Assembly (NCBI GenBank): GCA_013152275.1
Contig: JAADGS010000045.1
Span: 1 to 64,000 of the forward strand
Direction of reading: 5' to 3'
Length of the DNA stretch: 64,000 nucleotides
DNA from: Actinomycetota bacterium
GTDB taxonomy: Bacteria; Actinomycetota; Acidimicrobiia; Spongiisociales; UBA4744
Shown here piece after piece: positions 28,597 to 38,743 of the stretch (its first letter is position 1; every line of letters starts with the position of its first letter). The position numbers and the translations under genes were made by a program. Under the pieces are notes generated by a model, which made no database searches, was not told where the DNA came from, and was given only the letters and a program-made list of their open reading frames with translations.

Positions 28597-28811
28597 GAGG
28601 GCCGCAATGTACCGTATCGAGGGAGTTGACGCAAGCACCGGGGCTCCGTCCTCGTGCCAGACCCGCCCGTGAGTAACCGGGGATTCTCGGACAAGCGGTC
28701 CGGTGTTAGCGAACGCGGAGGATCCGGTGTGATACAGCTCGCGGCCGATGAGATCCGATTCGCCCCGCCGGGCGTCCGCAGCGGCGCGAGGACTGACAGT
28801 GACACGAGTGC

Positions 28812-30422
28812 TCAGGTTGCCGCGGTTGGCTTCGACAAGCCGGGGAGCCTGTAGTTGCGCCGCCAGCAGTCCAGGTACTGCTCTACCTCGCTTTCCCAGC
28901 GAGCGTCGTGCCAGCCCAGTTCGTCTTGCACGATGGTTCGGATCCGTGGAAGGAGGTCGGCGCCGCCGTCGGGGACCAGCAGACCGACGCGAACGCGCCG
29001 GAGCAGGAGGTCCTCTAGATGCACGACTGCTTCGGTTCGAGCTGCCCAACGCAGTTCGGCCCACAGCAGCGGAGTACCGGGGATGAGCGAGAGCTCTCCT
29101 GGACCGGCGGCTTGGATGAGGGCGACGGCGTCGCGAGACCACCACCCGCCCAATCGGCGAACGAGGTCCTCGCCGAGTTCTCCGCCTGGAACCTCATCTG
29201 CCGGATCGAGTGCAGGGGCATCGTGATCTGCCGGAGGCAGATCCGGCATGCGGGAGTGCAGAGCATCGATCGCATCGCGGGCGATCAGCCGAAACGTGGT
29301 CAACTTGCCTCCGGTGACAGTGACCAGACCGTGCTCGTCGAGAATGATGTAGTCACGGGACTCCTGCGAGGGATTCGACTTGCCGCTTCCGATGACGGGG
29401 CGTATGCCGGAGTAGGTGGCCGTCACATCGGCGGCGCCGACATCGAGGGCCGGAAAGAACGCGTGGACCCCTTCCAGCAGGTAGTCGACTTCTCGCGGGC
29501 TGATGGCCGGCTCGTCGTCGAGCGGCGCGACATGATCGACGTCGGTGGTGCCGACGATCGTGACGCCTTCCCAAGGGAAGAAGAACACCGGCCTGTGATC
29601 CTTGGGGTGGAGGACGGCCACCGCCTGTGGAACCGGCAGGCGCCAAGCCTGGATGATCAGATGACTGCCGCGCAGAGGGCGGATCATCGACTCACCATCG
29701 ACCCGGCTCCGCAGCCGGTCGGCCCAGGCGCCGGTCGCGTTGATCACTGCCTGGGCGGACACGTCGATCGTTCGACCCGTCTCGGTGTCCCGGACTCGTA
29801 CGCCCACGACCTGACCGTCACGGCGGACCAGATCGACCACTTGGGCATAGTTGAGCGCCGTGGCACCCGACCGGACGGCCTCTTTGAGCACCCGCAGTAC
29901 AAGGCGGGCATCGTCGGTGCGGGCGTCGAGATAGTGGAAGCCGCCGCGTAGGCCGGTCGCTCTGATGTGGGGGGCCAGGAGACGAAAGTCACCGGGGTCA
30001 TGGAATGTATGGCGCCATTGCAGAGCGAGGAGGTCATACAACATCAACCCCAATCGGTCCAACAGCAAACCCGGGTGCTCTCCTTGATAGGTCGCCAGCA
30101 GGAAGCCGAGCGGGTCGACCAGGCCGGGTCCCTCACGGAGAAGCCGATTGCGCTCTCGCACCGCCGCCCGGGTGATACCGATCTTGCCTTCCTTGAGGTA
30201 GCGGAGGCCGCCATGGACGAGCTTCGATGAGCGGCTCGAGGCACCCCAGGCGAAATCTCGTTGTTCGACCAGCAATGGCCGCAGGCCACGTCGAGCCGCC
30301 TCGCGCAGGATGGCGGCACCTGTGATACCTCCCCCGACGACGATCAGATCCCACGGGCGGTCCAGCGCGGACCAGACGTCTTCACGCCGGCCGATCCAGG
30401 AACTCCCGAGTGCCGCGTTCAT
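28812..30422 (-). CDS. glpD: Glycerol-3-phosphate dehydrogenase/oxidase family FAD protein
   Basis: VGGGITGA, SSRSSKLVHGGLRYL, DDARL, GGKLTTFR. Confidence 0.92.
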   Translation of the reverse strand: MNAALGSSWIGRREDVWSALDRPWDLIVVGGGITGAAILREAARRGLRPLLVEQRDFAWGASSRSSKLVHGGLRYLKEGKIGITRAAVRERNRLLREGPGLVDPLGFLLATYQGEHPGLLLDRLGLMLYDLLALQWRHTFHDPGDFRLLAPHIRATGLRGGFHYLDARTDDARLVLRVLKEAVRSGATALNYAQVVDLVRRDGQVVGVRVRDTETGRTIDVSAQAVINATGAWADRLRSRVDGESMIRPLRGSHLIIQAWRLPVPQAVAVLHPKDHRPVFFFPWEGVTIVGTTDVDHVAPLDDEPAISPREVDYLLEGVHAFFPALDVGAADVTATYSGIRPVIGSGKSNPSQESRDYIILDEHGLVTVTGGKLTTFRLIARDAIDALHSRMPDLPPADHDAPALDPADEVPGGELGEDLVRRLGGWWSRDAVALIQAAGPGELSLIPGTPLLWAELRWAARTEAVVHLEDLLLRRVRVGLLVPDGGADLLPRIRTIVQDELGWHDARWESEVEQYLDCWRRNYRLPGLSKPTAAT

Positions 30423-32014
30423 GGCACCAGCTTTCCAGGATTCATGAGTCCGTCCGGGTCGAAGCGGCGCAGAGCGTCCCCAAGTACCGCGACGCCCAGT
30501 GTGCCCTTCTCTGCCTGCATGTAGGGGAGGTGGTCCAGGCCAACACCGTGGTGGTGGCTGATTGTTCCGCCGTGGGCAAGAATCGTCTCGCTGACGGCTC
30601 GCTTGAGCTGCCGAGCACGATCGATGGATATCTCGGGATCGCCTGCGGCCCGGAACACACAGGTCGTGTAAATGCTCGCCCCGGTCGGATACACATGGGA
30701 AATGTGTGTAAAGGTGAGGATCCGTTCATCGGGATCATCGAGGGGAGTGCGGAGGGCGGCCTCCTCGATCGCCGAAATCATCTTGGGGACATGGGTCCAG
30801 TCGGTGGCGGTTTCCCAAGTGTCGACGGCATAACCCATCTCCCACAGGTTGTTCCGCAGATAGGGTGCGGCGAAGCGACCGGCGAGCCAGCGGTTGCCGA
30901 ATGAGCGCCCGACATCGATTCCACCGTGTCGCCGGATGGTACGGACGGCGATCCGGTGTGTCCGCCGCACCTCGGTCGAAGTGCCGGTAAGGCCCATGAT
31001 GAGCAGGCTCTTCGTCTCGCGGATCTTCCGTAACGAAACGACCCTCTCCAAGGCTGCTATGGCTCGCGGATGCCCGGCAAGGGCGAGCGTCAGTGCGGTT
31101 TCTCGGCTGGAGCTCAGTCGCAGCATGGAGAGTGGCAGGCGGGCCTGAACCATCTCGCGGATGGCGATCTGCCCTGCAGCGAAAGTGGGAAACAACACAC
31201 CGTGGAACTCTTCCCGTTCAGGGAGTCGTGTCACGCGCACGGTGGCCCGGGTAAGGATCCCGAGCCGCCCTTCGGAGCCGAGCACGAGCTGGCGGAGGTC
31301 CGGGCCCGCCGCCGAGGCAGGATAGGGGGGCAATTCGATTGATCCGGCGGGCGCCTCCAACCGCCCGCCGGCAAAAAGATCTTCGATACGCCCATATCCG
31401 AGTGACTGCTGGCCGCTGGAACGGGTGGCCACCCAGCCGCCCAACGTCGAATACTCGAACGATTGGGGAAAGTGACCCAGTGTGTAGCCGCGCGCTCGGA
31501 GCCGGCCCTCGAGATCGGGGCCGGACACGCCGGCACCGAAGGTGGCGAGGCGACTTGCCTCGTCGAGGTGATACAACTGGTTGAGACGTCGCATATCGAT
31601 CGTGACGACCGGACGCTCGTCCGGTTGGGGATTGATGTGCCCCAGGACGCTGGTACCGCCCCCGTAGGGGATGAGACGAGCCCCGAGATGCGCTCCCCAC
31701 GTGAGCAGCTCTCTGACCTCTTCGTTGGTGCTTGGCAGCGCCACTCCGTCAGGGAACGAACCGATCCGGCCGGAACGGAGTGCCAGCCAGTCGAGGAGGC
31801 TCTGGCCCCGAGCGTGCCGGACCCGGGTGCGGGGATCTGTGATGACCAGCGGGTGGTCGGGGAGTCTGGACGTCGGTACCGTGGCGATCACCGACTCGAA
31901 CCGCGCATCGTCCGGCGGGGTGCCGACACCGATGACCCTGTGCAGCATCTGGACTCCGTTGGGCGGCAGGGGATGGTCGGTCCCATCATCTCCCCAGCCG
32001 TTCCAGCGTCGCAT
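30419..32014 (-). CDS. FAD-binding oxidoreductase, alkyl-DHAP synthase-like
   Basis: MRRWNGWG, PYGGGTSV, GHFPQSFEYSTLGGW, HISHVY, SHHHGVG. Confidence 0.9.
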   Translation of the reverse strand: MRRWNGWGDDGTDHPLPPNGVQMLHRVIGVGTPPDDARFESVIATVPTSRLPDHPLVITDPRTRVRHARGQSLLDWLALRSGRIGSFPDGVALPSTNEEVRELLTWGAHLGARLIPYGGGTSVLGHINPQPDERPVVTIDMRRLNQLYHLDEASRLATFGAGVSGPDLEGRLRARGYTLGHFPQSFEYSTLGGWVATRSSGQQSLGYGRIEDLFAGGRLEAPAGSIELPPYPASAAGPDLRQLVLGSEGRLGILTRATVRVTRLPEREEFHGVLFPTFAAGQIAIREMVQARLPLSMLRLSSSRETALTLALAGHPRAIAALERVVSLRKIRETKSLLIMGLTGTSTEVRRTHRIAVRTIRRHGGIDVGRSFGNRWLAGRFAAPYLRNNLWEMGYAVDTWETATDWTHVPKMISAIEEAALRTPLDDPDERILTFTHISHVYPTGASIYTTCVFRAAGDPEISIDRARQLKRAVSETILAHGGTISHHHGVGLDHLPYMQAEKGTLGVAVLGDALRRFDPDGLMNPGKLVP

Positions 32015-32016
32015 GG

Positions 32017-32730
32017 CTATGGGACGGTGAACGTGGCGCCGCCGGCGCTTCGCCACAGTTCGATACTGTCTTGCATTACTTGCCGGCTTACGCGCTCTGC
32101 AGCGTCACGGTCGTTGCTCCTGGCGGCGGTCTCGAGATCCGAGTAGAAACGTGTCGATCGGTCACGAGCTTCGGAAAGAGCGAAGTAGATGCCGGCCAAT
32201 CGTTCGTAGAAGCCTGCGAACCCGTTCAGGATGAGCGTAAAGATCGGGTTGCCGGACGCGATCGACAGGCGGCGGTGCACCTCCCAATCGAAAGCGGCGA
32301 AAGCCTCGGCCCGATCGGGCAGGTCGCGATGCTGAGAGAGGAGCGCGGCCACCTCGTCAGGGACGCATGCAACGGCAGCGGCCATGTAAGGCGGCGCCAG
32401 GTACAAGCGAATCTCCAATAGGTGCTCCACAAAGTCGGTGGAGAGGTGTTGCGAGTGCTTGACCAGAGCTCCGAGCACGTTGAGGCCGCCTTCCTGCCAG
32501 AAGTGATTCACGACCGTGCGCCTGCCCTGTCGGACGGTGACCCACCCATCTCGCTCGAGGCGCTGAAGGGCTTCTCGGAGCGTGGGGCGCGTCACCCCGA
32601 GGCTGATGGCGAGTTGGCGCTCCCCGGGAAGCTCGGAACCCGGTGGGAACGTCCCATCCAATACCGCCTCGACAAGCGAATGCTCGGCATGATCTGCCGG
32701 TCGGATGGGAGCAATCCACGTGGCCGTCAT
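32017..32730 (-). CDS. fadR: FadR-type GntR regulator (acyl-CoA-responsive type)
   Basis: FPPGSELPGERQL...GVTRPTLREALQRLERDGW...VNHFWQEGGLNVL parallels E. coli FadR. Confidence 0.85.
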   Translation of the reverse strand: MTATWIAPIRPADHAEHSLVEAVLDGTFPPGSELPGERQLAISLGVTRPTLREALQRLERDGWVTVRQGRRTVVNHFWQEGGLNVLGALVKHSQHLSTDFVEHLLEIRLYLAPPYMAAAVACVPDEVAALLSQHRDLPDRAEAFAAFDWEVHRRLSIASGNPIFTLILNGFAGFYERLAGIYFALSEARDRSTRFYSDLETAARSNDRDAAERVSRQVMQDSIELWRSAGGATFTVP

Positions 32731-32740
32731 ATGTCTGTCC

Positions 32741-32766
32741 AAACTGGTGAGTGGTCTTACCAGTTT
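32741..32766. promoter_or_regulatory. FadR-like operator inverted repeat
   Basis: AAACTGGTGAG-TGGT-CTTACCAGTTT, 10 nt upstream of the fadR ATG. Confidence 0.75.
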
Positions 32767-33624
32767 GTATGTTACACGTGAGAACTCGGGAAGTGGATGC
32801 GGAATCCTTCGGTCGTCCGCGCGTTGCGGAGTCCCGTACCCAGTTGCACCGATACTCTCGCATTCATTGCGGGCCGGCACCATGTTGGGGCTGCAGAGCG
32901 TTCGAAGCGCAGGAGGGTCTCGAGCAATCTCTCGGGTGCCGGAGTGCCGGGAGCGGCGGTCCGGCCGGGAATTGTCCTCCCTGACCACGCTCTGTCGTCG
33001 GCAGGTCGGAGGGGTTCCCACGGCCGGCCGGTCGTCGAGCTGCTTCCGGTTCGTGGCCTGGCGGCCGGCGACATCGCCAGAGGCGTCTGCGCCGCTCCAC
33101 TCCATCGCGCAGCGACCACGATCGAGTGATCTGTGGTGCCGCGGTGGCCCAGTCTTGAAGCCTCGATCCAGGGTGGTCATCGAACGATTTGAGGACCCAC
33201 CGGCACCAAGTGCCGCCGACAGCCGCGAAATGAGCGGTCACCGGCACGAAAGGCCCGATAATCCTGCGAAAGTCCGAGACACGGTCGGCGGAATCGGCCA
33301 TACTGCCCGCATGCATTTTGCCAGATGGCGCTCGAGGGCGTTTTGGCTCACTTCAAATCAGCGGTCTGCCTCCTGTCAGAAGCGGAAACGCGCGAACAAC
33401 TCGGACATCACACTCAGGCTCTACCCACCGCCCGACGGTCGGGCGCGTCGTCGACACGATGAACCTACGCACACGCAGCTATCGCACAAACCACCGACAT
33501 TGCTCAAGAGGAGTCCGGATGACGCATCGATGGATGGCCGAAAAGAGGAGGAAAGGACCCTGTGCTTCCCGCAGCTCGGGTCAACTTTGCGAAGGCTTGT
33601 TTCACCGTGAGAGAGTCTGTCGTC

Positions 33625-34182
33625 ATGACGAATACTGAGATGCGCGACGCCGTTCGACTCCTTTGGCCCGAGCTCGACTGGATTCAAGATCTGGATCTCC
33701 GAGAGAGAACCCTCGACACCTGGGTACTTGGATTCGAACGTAGTCCGTTGGAACCCGAAGACCTGCATGAGATCCCCTTCACGCTGCTCGTCCCTGATTG
33801 TCCGACGTCGTTCATGGAACACAAACGCTGTGTCGTGCACATTGCACACGGAGCCGCCGAAGCAATGCAAGAGTTTCTCGGCAACGCACTCGTGATCGAC
33901 ATGGACACCGTGATCGCCGGGGCGATCCTGATCGATGTCGGCAAGTTACTGGAGTACGAGAAGGTCGACGGCGTCGCCGTCCAGAGCGAATTGGGCCGCT
34001 ACCTGCGCCATCCGTTCACAGGTGTGTCGCTCGCCATGGAGTGCGGCATTCCCGACTCGATCTGTCACATCATCGCCGCTCACTCCAAAGAAGGCGATCT
34101 GATCACGCGTTCGGTCGAGGCGACGATCCTGCACCATGCCGACTTCATGAGCTTCCTTCCTTTCAAGAACCTGACGAGGTAA
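33625..34182 (+). CDS. HD-domain (HDIG-like) metallohydrolase
   Basis: MEHKRCV...AGAILIDVGK...RHPFTG...IIAAH...HHAD; the HD dyad reads ID. Confidence 0.85.
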   Translation: MTNTEMRDAVRLLWPELDWIQDLDLRERTLDTWVLGFERSPLEPEDLHEIPFTLLVPDCPTSFMEHKRCVVHIAHGAAEAMQEFLGNALVIDMDTVIAGAILIDVGKLLEYEKVDGVAVQSELGRYLRHPFTGVSLAMECGIPDSICHIIAAHSKEGDLITRSVEATILHHADFMSFLPFKNLTR

Positions 34183-34188
34183 CCACCA

Positions 34189-35589
34189 ATGAAGAGCACC
34201 CATCCCGATTCTGAGATGATCACTGCCCCGATGGCCCGGTGGGCCGCCGACCTGACATTCGCCGACCTGTCCGAAGAAGCAATCCATGAAGCGAAGCGCT
34301 TTCTGCTCGACTCACTGGGGTGTGCACTCGGCGGCTATACGCAACACGATGTGAAGATCCTGCTGGACGTCTTGGATGAGACCGCGGGATCTGGTCCGGC
34401 AACCGTGATCGGCACCGGCAAGAGGGTGGACGCCGTGTCGGCGTCCTTTGCCAACGCCTTGATGGTGAGGGCGATGGACTACAACGACATCTACTGGCAG
34501 CAAGATCCTTCGCACCCCTCGGACATCATTCCCGGGGCCCTGGCCCTCGTCGAGCGCGGCGACGGTGACGGTAAGGAGCTGTGCGTTGGAATCATTCTCG
34601 GCCACGAGTTCGAGATGCGGCTCTGCGAGGCGGCGTTTCCCGGCATTCGCGAACGCGGTTGGCATCACGCGACGTTGACCGCCTTTGCCGCTGCCTTCGT
34701 GGCCGGGCGGATGCTGCATCTCGATGCGGAGCGCATTCAACATGCAGTCGGGATCTCGGGGAGTTCGCATGCGACGTTTGGCGCGGTCACGGCCGGCAAA
34801 CTCACGATGATGAAGAACACCGTGGACCCTCTTGCGACACAGCGCGGGGTCCTGGCAGGCCTCCTCGCCGAACGTGGCTACACGGGACCTGAGCACGTGA
34901 TCGACGGCAAAGAAGGATTGGTCGAGACGCTCGGTCCCGAATGGAAACTCGGCGTCCTGACCGACAAGCTAGGACAATCGTGGCGGATCACCCGCTGCGG
35001 CATGAAGGCGTTTCCGACCGAAGCCCTCACCCATACGCCGATATCGGCAGTACTGGACCTGGTGACGGAACATGACCTTGCGGCGGACGACGTCGAGCAG
35101 GTTCATATCCGATCGCTCGCGCGGGCTGCGGACATCCTCGCGGATCCCAGCAAGTACGAGCCGCGCAACCGTGAGACCGCCGACCACAGCCTGCCCTACG
35201 TGATTGCGGCAGCCTTGGTCGACCGTCAGGTCACACCGCTCCAATTCACGATTGCCAAGATCGAAGATCCTCAGATTCGGGCTCAGCTGAACAAGGTCGT
35301 GGTGGTCGCCGACCCGGAGATCGAAAAGGACTTCCCGGCCCGCCAACGTGTCGGCGTGACCATCACCACGAAAGATGGTCGAACCTTCACGAAGGATCTG
35401 GACTATCCCAAGGGGCATCCGAACAATCCGCTCACGTCGACGGAGATCGAGGAGAAGTTCGACGCGCTCGCGGCGCCGGTCATGTCGTCGGGACGTCGCC
35501 GGCAGATCAAAGATGCCGTCTGGAACCTGGAGAACCTCGACAGCGTCCGCGATCTGACCGACCTGTTGCGTGTTGATGGTGCGTCGTGA
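34189..35589 (+). CDS. prpD: MmgE/PrpD family dehydratase
   Basis: DYND...HPSD, RGWHH, RETADHSLPY, PKGHPNNP. Confidence 0.92.
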   Translation: MKSTHPDSEMITAPMARWAADLTFADLSEEAIHEAKRFLLDSLGCALGGYTQHDVKILLDVLDETAGSGPATVIGTGKRVDAVSASFANALMVRAMDYNDIYWQQDPSHPSDIIPGALALVERGDGDGKELCVGIILGHEFEMRLCEAAFPGIRERGWHHATLTAFAAAFVAGRMLHLDAERIQHAVGISGSSHATFGAVTAGKLTMMKNTVDPLATQRGVLAGLLAERGYTGPEHVIDGKEGLVETLGPEWKLGVLTDKLGQSWRITRCGMKAFPTEALTHTPISAVLDLVTEHDLAADDVEQVHIRSLARAADILADPSKYEPRNRETADHSLPYVIAAALVDRQVTPLQFTIAKIEDPQIRAQLNKVVVVADPEIEKDFPARQRVGVTITTKDGRTFTKDLDYPKGHPNNPLTSTEIEEKFDALAAPVMSSGRRRQIKDAVWNLENLDSVRDLTDLLRVDGAS

Positions 35590-37541
35590 CCCGGCACCAG
35601 ACGGTCGTTGAGGCGATAGCGCAAACCCATCTTGCCGCCGGTGCCCAGAGTGGACCGGTCAAGGCCGGTGACTTTGTGACCATTCGCCCCGACCACGTCC
35701 TGACCCACGACAACACCGCTCCCGTGCTGAAGAAATTCTTGACGATGGGAGCGACACGAGTCTCGGACCCGGGACAACCCGTGTTCGCGATCGACCACGA
35801 CATTCAGAACACATCGGAGGCCAATCTGGCCAAGTACCGCAAGATCGAGGAGTTCGCCAGGAGCCAGGGTGTCGATTTCCATGCTCCTGGTGAAGGAATC
35901 GGACACCAGATCATGGTCGAGCAAGGCTATGTCACTCCTGGTTCATTCGTCGTCGCGTCCGACTCGCATGCAAACATGTACGGCGCTCTCGGGGCGATCG
36001 GAACACCCGTCGTACGCACCGATGCCGCAGCAATCTGGGCCACGGGGGAGTTCTGGTGGCAGATTCCGCGCAGCGTTCGTGTCGAGTTGGTGGGAGAGCT
36101 TCCCGAGGGGGCAACGGGCAAAGACGTGATTCTCATCCTCTGCGGCCTCTACTCCCACGGTGAGGTGCTCAACGCCGCCGTCGAATTCACAGGTCCCGGA
36201 GTGAAGAGCCTCAGCATGGATGCACGGTTCACCATCTCGAATATGACGACCGAATGGGGTGCCCTCGTCGGATGGTTCCCGGTCGACGAAACGACGCTGG
36301 ACTACCTCGAGTGGCGGCGTGCCGTCCTTGAGTCACAAGGACGCAGGCGGCTGACCCAGAACGTCTCAGATACGGTGTCCGGCCACCTTGCCGGAGATCC
36401 GCAGGCCCACTACGCAGCACACATCCTGTTCGACCTCGGCGAAGTCACACCCCACATCAACGGTCCCGATACCGTGCAGGCCACCCGGTCGGTCGCAGGG
36501 TTCAGAGAACAGGCCGTGCCCATCGACAAGGCCTACCTGCTGTCCTGTGTGAATTCACGTTTCGAAGACCTTGCCGCTGCCGCGGAAGAACTCGAAGGCA
36601 AACACGTCGCCGACGGTGTCGAGCTCTACTTTGCTGCGGCCAGCCGGGAAGTACAGGAGCGTGCCGAAGCTTCGGGACACTGGCAGGCGATCCTCGATGC
36701 GGGTGGGCGGCCGTTGCCACCCGGGTGCGGTCCGTGTATCGGTCTCGGGGCCGGTCTCCTCGAACCGGGTGAGGTCGGAATCTCTGCGACGAACCGTAAC
36801 TTCAAGGGCCGTATGGGCTCACGCGACGCAGAGGCGTATCTCGCCAGCCCCCAGGTGGTGGCCGCCTCGGCCGTGGCCGGCCATATCTGTGGTGCGGGCG
36901 ATTGGCCCGATCGCGCTCCCCGGAGAAACATCGACGTTACGAGTCGCTCCGTTGCGAGCCGGGCCAGCAAGGTGACGATCCAAGAAGGCTTCCCCCCTCG
37001 GGTGGAGGGCCGGATCGTGTTGCTGACCCAGGACAACATCAATACGGATGGCATCTACGGCAAGGACTACACCTACCGCGACGACATGACACCCGAAGCC
37101 ATGGCCCGGGTCGTCATGGAGAACTACGACCCGGAGTTCGCTTCCATGATCCAACCGGGTGACATTCTCGTCGGCGGTGAGAACTTCGGAACGGGCTCCA
37201 GTCGCGAGCAGGCGGCGACTGCTCTTCAGGCGGCGGGCATCGCCATGGTGATCGCTGCAAGCTATTCACAGACCTACCTGCGCAACGCGTTCAACAACGG
37301 CTTCGTGTGCATCGAATGCCCGGAACTCGTCGCGTACCTGCGGGAGAAGTTCACGGCACCCGTCGACGCCGAAGTCAGGTCCGTCTTCACGGACGACGCC
37401 CTGAGTGTCGACTTCACGTCCGGGGAGGTCTCGTTCGACGAGCACATCTTCCCATTTCCCGTGCTCAGCGAGGTTCCGCAATCTCTCGTGGCTGCCGGCG
37501 GCCTGGAAAACGCCGTTCGCCTACAACTTTCAGTGACATGA
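35586..37541 (+). CDS. Single-chain aconitase-family hydratase, homoaconitase (LysF)-like
   Basis: THDNT, GIGHQ, SDSHANMYG, RTDAA, SCVN, CGPCIG, TNRNFKGRMG; fused swivel domain NTDGIY...FGTGSSRE. Confidence 0.85.
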   Translation: MTRHQTVVEAIAQTHLAAGAQSGPVKAGDFVTIRPDHVLTHDNTAPVLKKFLTMGATRVSDPGQPVFAIDHDIQNTSEANLAKYRKIEEFARSQGVDFHAPGEGIGHQIMVEQGYVTPGSFVVASDSHANMYGALGAIGTPVVRTDAAAIWATGEFWWQIPRSVRVELVGELPEGATGKDVILILCGLYSHGEVLNAAVEFTGPGVKSLSMDARFTISNMTTEWGALVGWFPVDETTLDYLEWRRAVLESQGRRRLTQNVSDTVSGHLAGDPQAHYAAHILFDLGEVTPHINGPDTVQATRSVAGFREQAVPIDKAYLLSCVNSRFEDLAAAAEELEGKHVADGVELYFAAASREVQERAEASGHWQAILDAGGRPLPPGCGPCIGLGAGLLEPGEVGISATNRNFKGRMGSRDAEAYLASPQVVAASAVAGHICGAGDWPDRAPRRNIDVTSRSVASRASKVTIQEGFPPRVEGRIVLLTQDNINTDGIYGKDYTYRDDMTPEAMARVVMENYDPEFASMIQPGDILVGGENFGTGSSREQAATALQAAGIAMVIAASYSQTYLRNAFNNGFVCIECPELVAYLREKFTAPVDAEVRSVFTDDALSVDFTSGEVSFDEHIFPFPVLSEVPQSLVAAGGLENAVRLQLSVT

Positions 37542-37561
37542 CCATTCCCAAGGAGGATGTA

Positions 37562-38743
37562 ATGACTCGAAGGACCGTCGTGACGATGCCAGGTGACGGC
37601 ATCGGCGCCCTTGTACTCCCAGAAGCGATTCGCATCCTTGATGCGGTCGGTTTCGAAGCAGACTACGTGCAGGCCGACATCGGCTGGGAGTGCTGGCGGG
37701 AACGGGGCAACCCACTCCCGCAGGCCACGATCGATCTCCTCGCCGAGCACAAGCTCGGCTTGTTCGGTGCGATCACCTCCAAGCCCAAGGCGGCGGCGGA
37801 AGCCGAGCTCGCGCCCGAGCTACGCGGGAAGGGTCATGTGTACTTCAGTCCCATCGTTGGGCTTCGTCAACGTTTCGGCCTCGACGTCTGTGTGCGACCC
37901 TGTCGCTCCTACGCAGGAAACCCGCTCAACTTCGTCCGGCAAACTGCCAACGGTGTCGAGGAGCCGCCGGTCGATGCGGTGATCTTTCGCCAGAACACCG
38001 AAGGCCTCTACGCGGGCGTCGAATGGACGGATCCCCCCCGCGAGGTCCTGGAGGCGCTGGCAACCCATCCCAAATTTGCTCCGTTCACCGGCATTCCCGC
38101 CGCAGACCTGGCGATTTCCACTCGCGTGTTCTCACGGAACGCATGCCGGCGCATCGTCCGTGCCGCATTCGAATACGCCGCAAAGCACGGCTATCGATCG
38201 GTTACGGTCTGCGAGAAGCCCAACGTCTTGAGAGAGACATCCGGCATGCTCGAGGATGTTGCCAAAGAGATCGGGGCCGAATACCCGAACATCGAGCGGT
38301 GGTCCACGAACATCGACGCCCAGATGATGTGGCTCACCAAGAACCCGGAGAATTACGGTGTCCTCGTGGCAGGGAACCTGTTCGGCGACATCATCTCCGA
38401 CGGCTTTGCCGGCCTCGTAGGGGGCCTCGGCTTCGCCTGCTCGGGCAACATCGGGGACGAGGTGGCGGTGTTCGAGCCGACACACGGTTCCGCGCCCAAG
38501 TACGCCGAGCTGGTTCCGTCGATCGTCAACCCCATCGCCATGATCCTGACTGCCGCCATGTTGCTCGATCACGTCGGCGAAGAGGAGAAGGCCACCCGGG
38601 TCAGAGAAGCAGTCGGCAAGGTCATCGCTGAGGGCGCGGTTCGGACCTACGACATGATGCACCTTCCCGGTGGGCCGGGGGTGGTCGACGCGGGCGCCGC
38701 CGCCACCTCCGAGATGACCGACGCGATCCTGGACGCCTTGTGA
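37562..38743 (+). CDS. Isocitrate/isopropylmalate/homoisocitrate dehydrogenase family protein
   Basis: AGGAGG then ATG; PGDGIG, FRQNTEGLY, NLFGDIISD, FEPTHGSAP. Confidence 0.93.
   Translation: MTRRTVVTMPGDGIGALVLPEAIRILDAVGFEADYVQADIGWECWRERGNPLPQATIDLLAEHKLGLFGAITSKPKAAAEAELAPELRGKGHVYFSPIVGLRQRFGLDVCVRPCRSYAGNPLNFVRQTANGVEEPPVDAVIFRQNTEGLYAGVEWTDPPREVLEALATHPKFAPFTGIPAADLAISTRVFSRNACRRIVRAAFEYAAKHGYRSVTVCEKPNVLRETSGMLEDVAKEIGAEYPNIERWSTNIDAQMMWLTKNPENYGVLVAGNLFGDIISDGFAGLVGGLGFACSGNIGDEVAVFEPTHGSAPKYAELVPSIVNPIAMILTAAMLLDHVGEEEKATRVREAVGKVIAEGAVRTYDMMHLPGGPGVVDAGAAATSEMTDAILDAL

Noticed and set aside
28420..28810. SAM or other riboswitch ahead of the sulfur operon
   Set aside because: No S-box core motifs recognised; the leader-peptide attenuator explains the structure better.
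32775..33620. ORFs in the long fadR-HD intergenic region
   Set aside because: R/S/P-rich translations with no motif or RBS support; no convincing RNA structure recognised.
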